DNA of 64,000 nucleotides from a virus (Duplodnaviria > Heunggongvirae > Uroviricota > Caudoviricetes). Below, piece after piece: positions 8,219 to 19,075 of this stretch. The number at the start of each line of letters is the position of its first letter. The stretch's first letter is position 1. Under the pieces are notes generated by a model that saw only the letters and a list, made by a program, of their open reading frames with translations, was not told where the DNA came from and ran no database searches. Location of the stretch: IMG/VR virus record IMGVR_UViG_3300033463_000016, positions 61,995 through 125,994 of that record. The stretch is one strand, 5' to 3'. The position numbers and the translations under genes were made by a program.

Positions 8219-10249
8219 TTACAACGATGCTAATTCAATGTATTCGCCTTCAGAAATAATCTGTGTTCCAAACTTTTCCGCAGCCTTATTTTTTGAACTT
8301 CCTGAGCTTTTATCATTGGTTATTAAATAATTAGTTTTTGCCGTTACAGCCGATACGACAATTCCGCCGTGAGATTCAATATCGGCTACCAACTCTCTCC
8401 TATTTGAAAATTTGTCTAACTTGCCAGTTATACAAAACGTTTTTCCCGATAGATTATTTGATGATTTATCGAAATCAGATGAAACATCTAACTCTTTTAC
8501 CAATGCGTTAATCTCAAAAGCTATTTCAGATACAAAATTGTTAATGTCGCTGGATGTCTTTTCTCCGATTCCGGGAAGTCTGCTCCAATCAAAGTGTGTT
8601 ATTTCTCCTGCTGCCATATATAAAAACACTTCAAGAGAATTTCTCAACTCACCGCCATATAATTGGTTGACAAATTCGTATTTCTGATCCACATATTCAG
8701 AGATCGTTTTTGCCGTAGTTTTGCCTATGTTTGGAATGCCTATTGCAACGATTACATTAGATAATTTACATTTTCGGCTTTCTTCGATCGCTTGTAGTAT
8801 ATTGTCTACACTATTTTCTCCGAATCCAGGCTTTCCGATTATTTCATCACGGTGGTTTTTGAGATGATATAAGTCGGCAAATGAAGTTATATACCCCATA
8901 CTCATTAAGGCTTTGAGTCTTTCTTCTGAAATACCCACGATATTCAAACCATCTCTTGATGCAAAATTCGCTATCTTATCGTGAATCTTTTCAGGGCAGT
9001 TATCGTTTCGGCAACGCAGCACTTCTCTCCCGTTATTGTTTTCGATAACCGTTGGTTTTCCGCAAGATGGACAAACCTTCGGGATTTCGTATGTATCACT
9101 TCTCGTCAAGTTTTCCTTGATTTGTGGGATAATCTCATTTGCCTTAATAACATTGATCTTATCTCCAATGCCGAGTTGCAATTCACGAATAATACTCACG
9201 TTATTGAGTGTGGCACGGCTTACCGTTGTACCGTCGATTTCAATCGGATCGAAAATTGCCACCGGATTAACCAATCCTGTTCTGCTTGTAGACCATTCAA
9301 TATCTCTCAAAATTGTTTCATTTTCTTCTGGATAAAACTTAAAAGCCAAAGAATGACGAGGATGATGTGATGTGCTGCCGAGGCTTAATCCATACTTGAT
9401 ATTATCAAACATACCAACCATACCATCGATCGGTATGCCTAAATCATCATAAATCTTTTTCATATACTCGATCAATTCTTCACAAGTTAAATCGAGCAAT
9501 ATTGCCTTATTTCTCAATACCGGTTGTGGCGCTACAGTTGCAAATCCTAATTCTTGCAGCCACTTGATTGCGGCAAAATGTGTCGTAAATTTAACGCCAT
9601 CTGCCTTATATAGTTTCCAAGCAATAAACTGAGCGTTTCTTTTGGCAACAATACTACTATCAAAGTGTCTTGCAGTTCCGCTTGCCAGATTTCTTACATT
9701 CTTATACTCTTTTAATCCATTTGCTCTCTGATTAGCGTTGATCGCCTCAAAAGTATCTCTCGTGATAATACATTCTCCATCGACAATCAACTCATCATTA
9801 AACGGAATGGATTTCGGCAAGTTTGTGAATACTTTTGCATTGTGAGTTATATCCTCACCAACGATACCATCTCCACGACTTTCTGCTTTAACGAGTTCAC
9901 CATTGCGATAAGTAATAGAGCAAGTTAATCCATCCAACTTTGGCATAACAATATAAGTTCTATCACCAAAGAAAGATATAAAATTATTGATCTCGGTGGT
10001 TTTATCCAATGAGAGCAATTCGTGATTATGTGTAACCTTTTCTAATTTACTGATTACTGCATATCCGACACTTTGGGTCGGTGAATTAGGATATACAATG
10101 CCCGTTTCTTTTTCATATTCAGTCAGTTTATCAAATAGGGAATCATATTCCCTATCAGAAATTAAGCTCGTGTCGAAATTATAATACATATCACGACAAG
10201 TATTTAATTTCTCTATCAGAGTTTTCATTTCTCCAATCTTATCTGTCAT
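8219..10249 (-). CDS. ligA: NAD+-dependent DNA ligase
   Basis: Adenylation motif MPKLDGLTCS; Cys4 zinc finger CPSCG...CRNDNCPEK; HhH region; C-terminal BRCT (KTFCITGKL); 676 aa. Confidence 0.9.
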   Translation of the reverse strand: MTDKIGEMKTLIEKLNTCRDMYYNFDTSLISDREYDSLFDKLTEYEKETGIVYPNSPTQSVGYAVISKLEKVTHNHELLSLDKTTEINNFISFFGDRTYIVMPKLDGLTCSITYRNGELVKAESRGDGIVGEDITHNAKVFTNLPKSIPFNDELIVDGECIITRDTFEAINANQRANGLKEYKNVRNLASGTARHFDSSIVAKRNAQFIAWKLYKADGVKFTTHFAAIKWLQELGFATVAPQPVLRNKAILLDLTCEELIEYMKKIYDDLGIPIDGMVGMFDNIKYGLSLGSTSHHPRHSLAFKFYPEENETILRDIEWSTSRTGLVNPVAIFDPIEIDGTTVSRATLNNVSIIRELQLGIGDKINVIKANEIIPQIKENLTRSDTYEIPKVCPSCGKPTVIENNNGREVLRCRNDNCPEKIHDKIANFASRDGLNIVGISEERLKALMSMGYITSFADLYHLKNHRDEIIGKPGFGENSVDNILQAIEESRKCKLSNVIVAIGIPNIGKTTAKTISEYVDQKYEFVNQLYGGELRNSLEVFLYMAAGEITHFDWSRLPGIGEKTSSDINNFVSEIAFEINALVKELDVSSDFDKSSNNLSGKTFCITGKLDKFSNRRELVADIESHGGIVVSAVTAKTNYLITNDKSSGSSKNKAAEKFGTQIISEGEYIELASL

Positions 10250-10737
10250 ACTTCTACCTCAATTTCACCATCTGACTCCAAAAATCCCCAATCTCCATAG
10301 TTTTTAAGTAGCCGATAATATACAAACATATTAGGAGCATATCTCCTGTTATTAAAGATAGCATCGTCACTACCGGTATAGTGGCGCAGGATAGCAGCCG
10401 CTACGCCAGACGAGCGTGAAATCCCGGCATCACAATGCACGATGATTTTTCGCTCTTTATTTTTCTCTACAAAATCAATGATTTGCTTCGCTTGTTCATC
10501 AGTGAACAAATCATATTCCGTAACAGTGTGTCCATATACATCTCTATCATTGACGCCATCAGCATCACAAAATGAGATAAACAAAATATCTTTTACACAG
10601 TTTGCATAACTGCAAAACGGGACATTCGGGTAGTCTATATATGGAGTAAATAGTGAAATCATCACAGAGTCGTCACACCAATGGTCATTATTACAATATT
10701 CAATAGCCTTGCCACGACTCATTACAATAACATTCAT
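10246..10737 (-). CDS. Protein tyrosine / dual-specificity phosphatase
   Basis: CX5R active-site loop VHCDAGISRSSG. Confidence 0.7.
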   Translation of the reverse strand: MNVIVMSRGKAIEYCNNDHWCDDSVMISLFTPYIDYPNVPFCSYANCVKDILFISFCDADGVNDRDVYGHTVTEYDLFTDEQAKQIIDFVEKNKERKIIVHCDAGISRSSGVAAAILRHYTGSDDAIFNNRRYAPNMFVYYRLLKNYGDWGFLESDGEIEVEV

Positions 10738-11150
10738 ACTTCTATTCCCTTAAATAATATCAAATACCAACACCAAATGGTGACGATTTGCACCAAATGG
10801 ATACTCTGATCTATAATTAGATTTATGTATTTTTTGTTCGCTTTTAGGTCGTCTGTAACAGCGTGACCAACCATACTAAACACAAATGTAACAATCAACG
10901 CTGGGGTTGGTATTACAATATGTGAAATTATCCCATAAATAATAATCGGGAGATGGATCGAAAACGTCCACGAAAAGGAATGCTCAATTAATGCAACAAT
11001 ATAATCGTATTTATATAGTCTGTCCGGAGCATTTCTTTTCCACCATTCCCTTTGCTTCATATCTGCAAGGATTCCCTGTATTTTATAATCGTCGATCAAA
11101 TGGCAAAACACCATTGAAAGAAGAATCAAGAGAGATGTAGTCGATGTCAT
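10734..11150 (-). CDS. Integral membrane protein
   Basis: Several hydrophobic segments (LLILLSMVFCHL; IIIYGIISHIVIPTPALIVTFVFSMVG; IVTIWCWYLILF). Confidence 0.45.
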   Translation of the reverse strand: MTSTTSLLILLSMVFCHLIDDYKIQGILADMKQREWWKRNAPDRLYKYDYIVALIEHSFSWTFSIHLPIIIYGIISHIVIPTPALIVTFVFSMVGHAVTDDLKANKKYINLIIDQSIHLVQIVTIWCWYLILFKGIEV

Positions 11151-11160
11151 TTAGAATCCC

Positions 11161-11541
11161 TCAATTTTTAATTGTTCCCATTTCGGGGGGAGTAATATCT
11201 TCTTTTGTTGGTCTAAATGGTTCAGGCAAGTTCATCCAAGCAATTACTTTGTATTCAGACCAAATGGGCGAAAATCTTTCGGAAAATTCAACACATTCAT
11301 ACCATCCGGAAGGCACATAATAATCGTCTGCTTTTTGGTTATACCTCAAAACATCATCTAAATCAGGATCGAAATCCCACTCGTAATCACTATTTTCCAT
11401 CAAAACGTCGCCATTTTCATAAAAGGCATAAAATACATTGTAAATGTCTTTACCGGTATGGGGATGTTTATGGACGGCTGTGATTAAAACCGTTCTTTCC
11501 GAAGCTGGAAGCGCTTCTTTTACTGAAATCCATTCACTCAT
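11161..11541 (-). CDS. DUF551-like phage protein
   Basis: N-terminal MSEWISVKEALP resembles DUF551 signature (WISV.D.LP). Confidence 0.45.
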   Translation of the reverse strand: MSEWISVKEALPASERTVLITAVHKHPHTGKDIYNVFYAFYENGDVLMENSDYEWDFDPDLDDVLRYNQKADDYYVPSGWYECVEFSERFSPIWSEYKVIAWMNLPEPFRPTKEDITPPEMGTIKN

Positions 11542-11864
11542 ATTCCTAACTTCTCCAAAATAACACTGAGTATTTCATCCATCTTGTAAGAATCACCGCT
11601 GCGTTTCAAATCAGAAATATAGTCAACAACCATATCCCGCAAACTCATTTTATCCTTGCCAAAGACCTTTTCGGGACAATTAATTCCCATAGCGACAATG
11701 GCTCTGATTACTTCATTTTGACTGTCTATATAGTTGTTATAACTTTCTTTTGCTGACTTTAGGCGATCCTGAACCATTACAAGGCTGGAATCAATACTAT
11801 TGATTTTCTCAACTTTAGCCTGATACTCAGCTAATTGCTTTCTTAATTCTTCCATTCTGTTCAT
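11538..11864 (-). CDS. Hypothetical coiled-coil protein
   Basis: 108-aa ORF, heptad-rich. Confidence 0.35.
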   Translation of the reverse strand: MNRMEELRKQLAEYQAKVEKINSIDSSLVMVQDRLKSAKESYNNYIDSQNEVIRAIVAMGINCPEKVFGKDKMSLRDMVVDYISDLKRSGDSYKMDEILSVILEKLGI

Positions 11865-11876
11865 TATAATATCTCC

Positions 11877-12146
11877 TTAATCCAGACCCAATCTTTGTCT
11901 GCATTCTGATCTTGAAATCTTACCCATTTTGAACTCTATTTCGGTTTTAAGTGTATCACCGTTATAAAACGTGAAATGAAGTGCTTTAAGATGGTTTCTA
12001 ATTTCTTTTAGTGCTTCTTCCGGTGACAAATGTGACTTACTTGCTTCAACTAATAGTTCACATATCATTGATTCATCGGCAATAAATTCACGAACCAACC
12101 AATTTAGTTCATCTTTATCAAGGTTGTTCAATTCTTTCTTATACAT
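11877..12146 (-). CDS. Hypothetical protein
   Basis: 89-aa ORF. Confidence 0.35.
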   Translation of the reverse strand: MYKKELNNLDKDELNWLVREFIADESMICELLVEASKSHLSPEEALKEIRNHLKALHFTFYNGDTLKTEIEFKMGKISRSECRQRLGLD

Positions 12147-13377
12147 TTTGATGATCCTTTGATCCTACAATCAGCCAACAGATCGCCATTGCCACAATAT
12201 ATAAGATGGCGCCAATCATAAAAATAATATTATAATTGTTGGTTTTATTTAATATAATCTCTGATGTATTATTGCCAGTTAAACCTGCGATCGCCCAAGC
12301 TGATAAAGCCAACCCGTGAATCTGGCTTATCTTCTTCATCCCGAATCGCTCAGATAGCAATGCGGGTAGAGTCGAGAAGCCGCCACCATATCCTGCGTTA
12401 ATAACTAATAGTGATATAATTACTATTATTGAAAATACAATATTTCCCGCTTGGTTTACTGTATCGAATAGGAATACGACAAATGAGATAGCAATACAAC
12501 TAACGAAAATAATCATATACACTGTATTGCGTTCCTTGAATTTATCGGATAATGTTGAATATCCAATTCTGCCGAGAGCGTTAAATCCTGCGGTAACTGA
12601 AGGTATTACACTAACAATCGTAGCAAGCGCAGCAGTCCCAGCAAATGTAACATTCAAAATCTGCTTTTCATAAGAGATAATCATCAATCCACAATGAATA
12701 TTAATAAAGAACATCAACCAAATTCCAACGAACTGTTTATTCTTAAACATTAGCAGAACATTAGTATCATCCTTATTTGCCGACTCTACCCATCCTTCGG
12801 GTTTTTTCAAAAGGATATGTCCGAGGAACATTAAGCAGAAATACGCAGCACCTAGGATCATAAACATAGGCGCTATTCCGAAATTGTTCTGTAACCATTC
12901 CATAATCGGCGTCGCAATAGCTTTTGCAAGTCCGAATCCCATAATCGAAATGCCTGTTGCAAGCCCTTTGTTTTCACTGAACCAGAGCATTAGTGTTTTG
13001 ACGGGAGTAAGATAACCGATTCCTAATCCTATTCCCATAATCGCTCCGTAGCATAGATATATACAGATCATAGCCGCCCAACCTGTCAGGAATTGGATAG
13101 AGAATCCCGTTCCGATCATACCGACAGCAAAACAAATGCAAGAAGTTAATGACGATTTATGTATATTTCTCTCGACAAACTTGCCCGCAAATGCAGCAGA
13201 CATTCCGAGGAAGAAGATAGCCAACGAAAAAGCCCATCCAACGGTGAAAGGCGTCATACCGATCTGTTCTGCTATGGATTGTTTGAATGTAGACCAACAA
13301 TAAACTGTGCCTACTGAAATATGTATAAGTAGTGCCGGAATCGCGGCACGAACCCATTTATTATTCATTGCTACCAT
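12139..13377 (-). CDS. Major facilitator superfamily transporter
   Basis: 412 aa, about 12 predicted TM helices, N-terminal half and C-terminal half repeat architecture; OFA-like N-terminus. Confidence 0.75.
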   Translation of the reverse strand: MVAMNNKWVRAAIPALLIHISVGTVYCWSTFKQSIAEQIGMTPFTVGWAFSLAIFFLGMSAAFAGKFVERNIHKSSLTSCICFAVGMIGTGFSIQFLTGWAAMICIYLCYGAIMGIGLGIGYLTPVKTLMLWFSENKGLATGISIMGFGLAKAIATPIMEWLQNNFGIAPMFMILGAAYFCLMFLGHILLKKPEGWVESANKDDTNVLLMFKNKQFVGIWLMFFINIHCGLMIISYEKQILNVTFAGTAALATIVSVIPSVTAGFNALGRIGYSTLSDKFKERNTVYMIIFVSCIAISFVVFLFDTVNQAGNIVFSIIVIISLLVINAGYGGGFSTLPALLSERFGMKKISQIHGLALSAWAIAGLTGNNTSEIILNKTNNYNIIFMIGAILYIVAMAICWLIVGSKDHQNV

Positions 13378-13789
13378 CCTTCAACTTACTAAGTTCTTGA
13401 AATAAATAGGCTAATGCTTTTTTGTGACCGAAACTCTTTATAATCTCACTGATCGATATGTCATATCCTGGTTCCGTATATATGACAGATATTTTACCTG
13501 ATTCAAAATTGCTTTTTCTTGCATTACTATTGCTAATTAAGCAATTATTGTCACAAATTACTTCGTCTTTACTAAAACAACGATTTGCTATAAATGCGTC
13601 AGTTTTACTCCTTACAATCATTACAAATTTATCCCATTCATCCGATTTGTAATAATCTGTCGTTTCATTAACGAAGCCATTGGTAACATCTTCGATTACT
13701 AAATCATTCTTTTGACAAAAATATCTACCATTAATTGAAACAATACATTTTCTGATAAAAATCTTGTACTTATCCATATTTATTACCAT
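13361..13789 (-). CDS. Hypothetical protein
   Basis: 142-aa ORF. Confidence 0.35.
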   Translation of the reverse strand: MVINMDKYKIFIRKCIVSINGRYFCQKNDLVIEDVTNGFVNETTDYYKSDEWDKFVMIVRSKTDAFIANRCFSKDEVICDNNCLISNSNARKSNFESGKISVIYTEPGYDISISEIIKSFGHKKALAYLFQELSKLKDGSNE

Positions 13790-14028
13790 TCTACACTAAC
13801 ATCGCACCAGGTTACGTCAATTTTTATTTTATAGCCAAGTGAAGTGTAATATTTCTCTATTGTTTTAATGTCATCGTCAGAAAAGCAAAAGCCAATTGTT
13901 GTACGACAACTCGTATAGCCTCTCTTGGCGGTTTCTCTGATTTCACTATTAATCTTTCTGATACTATACTTTAATTGTTTTGCAACACCTTTATTTGATT
14001 TTTTTCTCATTTGTTCTCCACTTACCAT
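13783..14028 (-). CDS. Hypothetical basic protein
   Basis: 81-aa ORF, K/R-rich N-terminus. Confidence 0.3.
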   Translation of the reverse strand: MVSGEQMRKKSNKGVAKQLKYSIRKINSEIRETAKRGYTSCRTTIGFCFSDDDIKTIEKYYTSLGYKIKIDVTWCDVSVEW

Positions 14029-14171
14029 ATTATTCTCCTAACTCAATTGGAGGGGTATCATTTCGCCACCAACCAATAGATACTTCTCCTGTTATGGTGT
14101 TTGTTAATACTTCAACGGTACAGTTTTCATACCGCTCAACCTTATCGAACATATTAGTTTCAACTATTTCG

Positions 14172-14639
14172 TTATTTTGATTCATAATGCTCCTTAATAA
14201 ACTTATCAATCCTATCCTGTGCAATGCCAAGAATGGCGCTTCCGGGAATACTGCTCTCAAATGTCATTTGAGCATAAATGATTGGAACCAATTCTCCGTC
14301 CCTGTGTTCTTCATCATAATGAATATCCGTGTATTCCTTTAGTGTATATCCATCATCCCAATTATCCCGCAAAGAACCATCCAAATCGTAAATGAATCTA
14401 TATAAGATTAATGGCGACACGTCAATTTTCGTGTTGATGTTTTCGCTTTCAAACTCGATGACTTCACAGAGTTCATATCCATCCAATGTTGTAAAATATG
14501 GTGCATCATATTTACTTCTCTCGTAGTCGTTTTGTTCTGCCGCGAAAACCTTGGCATCTTTCGGATATTTTGTGACTCCAAGAATCCGCATCGGTTCTCC
14601 AGTCAGTTCTTTCTTCTGAACTACAGCATATAACTTCAT
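14172..14639 (-). CDS. Hypothetical protein
   Basis: 155-aa ORF. Confidence 0.35.
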   Translation of the reverse strand: MKLYAVVQKKELTGEPMRILGVTKYPKDAKVFAAEQNDYERSKYDAPYFTTLDGYELCEVIEFESENINTKIDVSPLILYRFIYDLDGSLRDNWDDGYTLKEYTDIHYDEEHRDGELVPIIYAQMTFESSIPGSAILGIAQDRIDKFIKEHYESK

Positions 14640-14734
14640 TTTGTATTCTCCCTATTTCTGACATACTATATATAGTATATTTATATCGCTACACCACTAT
14701 ATATTGTGCCTATTTTGACGATAAAATAATGTTT

Positions 14735-15121
14735 TTATTCACAAGTGCAATTTTCAGCGTTTTCGCCTGTATCAAGCACCATTTCAGAGTTAATTACATT
14801 TTCAACGAGTTGGAAATTCTTTAGTGCTGGCACTTTGTTGAAGTCAACATCATCGAAAATAAATCCAGAGCCGAAAACATACTTTACGCCGTCAACTTCC
14901 TCGATCCAAAACTGATTGAAATATCCAAGTGGTTTCTGATTCTCGTCAACGAGATAAATCCATTCGTGATTCTTGATGGCGAGATTGAATATGCCCTCTG
15001 AATACTTGTCCTGATCCTCGATTTCATATTTTGACAGGATATTAGAGAGCCTATCTACCTTGCCTAAAAACTTTTTCATCTTACTCACCCCCAATCCAAT
15101 GCTTGTCCACAGTTGCCACAA
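14735..15121 (-). CDS. Hypothetical protein
   Basis: 128-aa ORF. Confidence 0.35.
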   Translation of the reverse strand: MWQLWTSIGLGVSKMKKFLGKVDRLSNILSKYEIEDQDKYSEGIFNLAIKNHEWIYLVDENQKPLGYFNQFWIEEVDGVKYVFGSGFIFDDVDFNKVPALKNFQLVENVINSEMVLDTGENAENCTCE

Positions 15122-15615
15122 TAGTTCGTTAATTTATCAACAAAGTACACGCCACAATGCGGACACCTGCCATTACCATAGTATTTATTCTCAGGTAATG
15201 GTTTCTTTGGAATCAATCTTGAATCGGTAGGGGTGTTATCATCAAATGCATTTATCGGTCTACCATCAACACCAATCAGAGGTTTACCATCAATCTGCGT
15301 GTGAAGTTCTTTTTCTTCTTCCGGAGTCAAGTGTGACATTTCACTTTCGTTAAAAATAATACCCTCAGTTTTTAACGCACTTGTCGCATTTACGAGGTTC
15401 ATTAGCAATTCTGGAACTTCTTCATCATAACAATAGAGTGTTACTACCTCTAAATTCTCCTTGTAAATATGCCTAAAACCATCACGGTAATTATTTATAG
15501 CAGATTGAGCCTTGCCACGCTGAATCCAAAACTTATGAGCAGGGCTTGTTAAACCGTTTACAAGCTGACCGGTGGATTTATCTCTCACCGCATACAATGT
15601 AGTTATTTTATTCAT
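15085..15615 (-). CDS. Hypothetical protein with C-terminal zinc ribbon
   Basis: CPHCG...CGNCG at C-terminus. Confidence 0.4.
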   Translation of the reverse strand: MNKITTLYAVRDKSTGQLVNGLTSPAHKFWIQRGKAQSAINNYRDGFRHIYKENLEVVTLYCYDEEVPELLMNLVNATSALKTEGIIFNESEMSHLTPEEEKELHTQIDGKPLIGVDGRPINAFDDNTPTDSRLIPKKPLPENKYYGNGRCPHCGVYFVDKLTNYCGNCGQALDWG

Positions 15616-16025
15616 CCACTTCTCCCTGATATTCTGAAATATCTTTCAGTATCTCTATCGTACTTCTGCACTCTCCGTTATCATCTCGTAAAGCAATCCC
15701 ATACTTTTTCAATGTCTGTTCAAGTTCATCCAGATTGCTATGTGGATTACACAATGCAGCGATAATCCGATCTCTTATGTCTTTTGCCATTATTTGCCTT
15801 TCTTATCTTTCCGCTTACGTTACAATCCAAGTCACCATCAAAGTTATACGCTACGTTTTTGCATTTGTAACAATCACGGTTCTGGCTCCCATATTTAGGA
15901 CAAACATAATAATCTTCCATATCTGCTTCCGCGATAGATGCCTTCGTTATGGCATAGATCGATAACCAACCAATGCCTAAGATTCCGGCGATAATAACTC
16001 CGCCAACGATTAGTACAGTTTTCAT

Positions 16026-16628
16026 TTAAAACTTCCCTTTGTGTTCAATATAATAATCGTGCCACCAAGCAATTAACTCATCTGCTGTTCTTGGTGTGTA
16101 GTTTACATATTCCATCATACAGCCAACATTGATAATCTGACCTCGATTGTCATAGTCCTCTTTACGAGAATCAATGAGGTCTTGCACATATTCGCGGCGC
16201 TTCATTTCCTCGTTTGTCCGGTTATGAGTATGTCCGCAAAATTGCCAAACGTCTTTGTTGTAGCTCCCGCGATAGAACAGAATAGGATAATGGTCTAAGA
16301 TGATACGTCTACCATTATCTTTTACTTCTTCCCTATCGCAGATTTTAATAAATCTCTTTTTGAGAGCCAACGTGGGACTTTTGAGATCGTGATTCCCTAT
16401 GATTAGAACCTTATAACCATTCAGTTTGTCGAGAATACTGATCCATTCCCTTTCTAAGTCCCAACAAAAATCTCCGAGGATATAAACCTTATCATCTTTG
16501 GTTACACGCCCATTCCAATTTCTGATGATTGTTTCTTCCATTTCTTTTGTACTTGAAAAAGGACGCTTATCGAAATTAATAATGTTTGTGTGTCCAAAAT
16601 GTAAATCTGCTATGTAATAATTAGTCAT
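16026..16628 (-). CDS. Calcineurin-like metallophosphoesterase
   Basis: DLHFGH, GDF..., GNHD motifs. Confidence 0.7.
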   Translation of the reverse strand: MTNYYIADLHFGHTNIINFDKRPFSSTKEMEETIIRNWNGRVTKDDKVYILGDFCWDLEREWISILDKLNGYKVLIIGNHDLKSPTLALKKRFIKICDREEVKDNGRRIILDHYPILFYRGSYNKDVWQFCGHTHNRTNEEMKRREYVQDLIDSRKEDYDNRGQIINVGCMMEYVNYTPRTADELIAWWHDYYIEHKGKF

Positions 16629-16647
16629 TGTTCACCTTCTTTTTGTT

Positions 16648-17406
16648 TCACCAAGCATCAAAAAATCTAACGCCCAAGTATTCGACAACGAAGTTTTGAC
16701 TTTCGTGCCAGGAGCTTGAAGCATATGCAGGACAATACATAAACAATATTCTATGTGGAACTGCTAATCCGCCTGATCCAAAAATATAATCAACGGCATC
16801 ATAACAGTTCTGATTTGGTGCAAGGGTAAACCCATAAACATCATATTGATAGGCGTGATAGACTTCTTCGACACTGCTGCCGCGAAGAATAACAGCATCT
16901 CTCAACGCCTGAGTTTGTAAACAGCACGCAGTATAGCCACCATCACCGAACTCTCCCATCACAATTTTCGCTGCTAATTCTCGATCATCATAGGACAATT
17001 GGATTGTTTGTGGGTGATATGTATAATCCGGATTTGCTATATCCAACATATATGATGAGCATTCGGATGGATCGTTTACAATTGATACTGTGGTTTCTGT
17101 TAGTGAATCGGTTTGCTTTTCTGTAGGTCTTTGAGTAGACACAGAGGTTGATACTTCTGTTTGCTCTGTCGGCTCCGTAGGTTTCGTAGTGACCTTTTCA
17201 GTTTCAGTTACAGATTCAGACGATCGGCTGGTTTCGATTCCCAATGTCATAGGTTCTATCCGCTTCTGCTCTGGCGTCACTTTTATGGAGAACAATGCAA
17301 CTGAACAAATAGCAATAGATAACACAATAAAAACTAACAGAATAATTCCGATGATTTTAGCTATCGGATTTGCTTTCTCTTGCTTTTTCAGGTGTGTCAT
17401 ATTCAT
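16648..17406 (-). CDS. Membrane-anchored cell wall hydrolase (SleB/Hydrolase_2-like), putative endolysin
   Basis: N-terminal TM (IIGIILLVFIVLSIAICSVALF), Thr/Glu-rich linker, C-terminal domain with LAAKIVMGEFGDGGYTACC...NCYDAVDYIF. Confidence 0.5.
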   Translation of the reverse strand: MNMTHLKKQEKANPIAKIIGIILLVFIVLSIAICSVALFSIKVTPEQKRIEPMTLGIETSRSSESVTETEKVTTKPTEPTEQTEVSTSVSTQRPTEKQTDSLTETTVSIVNDPSECSSYMLDIANPDYTYHPQTIQLSYDDRELAAKIVMGEFGDGGYTACCLQTQALRDAVILRGSSVEEVYHAYQYDVYGFTLAPNQNCYDAVDYIFGSGGLAVPHRILFMYCPAYASSSWHESQNFVVEYLGVRFFDAW

Positions 17407-17638
17407 TCACATCTTTCTGATCTTTTTTATGGTTTTCTTTTTTAATCTTTTTCTGCGTATATGCTGTCAGTACGCCAATCACCTGTTCATTCTGTGAAAT
17501 TGTCAATGATAGTTCGGAAACTTTGCTTCGTAATTCATCATTGTCGTTTTCTAAATGTACATTGCGAATTCTAATTGCTACCATATACGCGGTTACGAAA
17601 GCGAGAACCATAGAAAGAACCACAATGGCAATTATCAT
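17357..17638 (-). CDS. Small TM plus coiled-coil protein (holin or spanin-like)
   Basis: N-terminal TM helix followed by coiled coil; adjacent to the hydrolase. Confidence 0.35.
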   Translation of the reverse strand: MIIAIVVLSMVLAFVTAYMVAIRIRNVHLENDNDELRSKVSELSLTISQNEQVIGVLTAYTQKKIKKENHKKDQKDVNEYDTPEKARESKSDS

Positions 17639-17639
17639 A

Positions 17640-18569
17640 TTAGCCCTCCTTTTTGTTAGCCGCTTTTAATAATAGCGTTTTTGAATTAAACCCTGCGGCA
17701 GCTTTGTGACCGCCACCACCATACTTCGCCGCAACTTTTGATACGTCAATATTGTTTGACCGGAGAGAATAAGTCCATAACTCACCATCAAATGAGAATC
17801 CGATGAGTATATCGTATTGATCGGGATTTTCGATCACAAAATCATCAGAGCCGACCATCCCCATATTCAGAGCATAGCAATTTTTATAATCGTCAAAAAC
17901 GGCAACAAATCCCTTCTTATCGCAGTAGTCTTTCATCATACTATTACGGTATTCCGTTATAACCCTGCCTTGATCTATCATTCTCTTGATGATCTTACGA
18001 TCTCGCGGGAATAGCAAATCTTCTTCATACATCATTTTCCAAATTTCCTCGTCTGGTTCATTTGGATAAAGAGTAAAACCCTTTTGAAAGAATCTCGTAT
18101 GATCTCCATATTCAAAAGTCCAAACATCATAATCAGCAATAAGTTTGGTGAAATACGGAGCTGATTCAACCATTTCCGGATCAAACTCTTTTGTGACTTC
18201 TCCGGTGTCTACATTAACCATACAAGCAAGGAAACAATACGTGAGCATACATCCAGCTATGCCGTTATATCTCAATCCTCTGATCTCCTTGTCATAATTC
18301 CTGTATTTTTCTATTGCGGAAATATGATGATCTATCCAAGTTACGTTCTCTGTAATGGTTAATAACTTGTCCATTTCGCTTGGCTCAATAGAATAATCAA
18401 CAATATAGACTGATTCATCCTTGTGGATCATCTCGAATGGAAATGGAATGCCGTAGTCGATCTTAAATAGTTGGAATGGATATTTGCATTTATCGTGTAT
18501 GCGGGCAATTTCTTTTACCCAATATCCAGCACATTTGCCGTCATTATCTGAATGATAAAAACAAATCAT
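17640..18569 (-). CDS. DHH-DHHA1 family phosphoesterase (NrnA-like)
   Basis: DHH motif (WIDHHIS) and DHHA1 GGGGHKAAAGF; 309 aa. Confidence 0.75.
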   Translation of the reverse strand: MICFYHSDNDGKCAGYWVKEIARIHDKCKYPFQLFKIDYGIPFPFEMIHKDESVYIVDYSIEPSEMDKLLTITENVTWIDHHISAIEKYRNYDKEIRGLRYNGIAGCMLTYCFLACMVNVDTGEVTKEFDPEMVESAPYFTKLIADYDVWTFEYGDHTRFFQKGFTLYPNEPDEEIWKMMYEEDLLFPRDRKIIKRMIDQGRVITEYRNSMMKDYCDKKGFVAVFDDYKNCYALNMGMVGSDDFVIENPDQYDILIGFSFDGELWTYSLRSNNIDVSKVAAKYGGGGHKAAAGFNSKTLLLKAANKKEG

Positions 18570-18750
18570 TTTGCCTCCTCCGTTTCTTTGTTTAATGATA
18601 GTTTTGCACGTAATTTTTCAGAGAAAGATTGCTTCCTCATATTTGCTTGTTTATATATAGCATAGTTTCTCAAAATTCTACGGAGCCATTTATCCTTATT
18701 TATCTCCCGGATAAATTCGCGCTTTACTTTTTCAGAAAACTTGTTGTCCA

Positions 18751-19065
18751 TTATGCACCTTTCCTTTTGCAATGCCGACTTAAAAAGTCTTTGAGAAAAA
18801 TATCGTATAGTTCGTGTGAAATCAGAATGTCGTCAAACATCGGCATTTCACCCTGACCAGCTTTTACTCGTTTCATAATATCTGTCATATTATCAATCGA
18901 AATAACAAATACACCAGAGAAATTATTGGTTTCATTCATAGCTTTGTATATCTCTCCCATTTCCCTTGGGCTACCGTCAGTCACAAATAAAAACAACTTC
19001 GATTGATCTTTGAGGTTTTGGTTGAGCAGGATTTTAGCCCAACCACTATTTAATGTATGCAGCAT
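18751..19065 (-). CDS. Hypothetical protein
   Basis: 104-aa ORF. Confidence 0.3.
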   Translation of the reverse strand: MLHTLNSGWAKILLNQNLKDQSKLFLFVTDGSPREMGEIYKAMNETNNFSGVFVISIDNMTDIMKRVKAGQGEMPMFDDILISHELYDIFLKDFLSRHCKRKGA

Positions 19066-19075
19066 TCAATCAACC

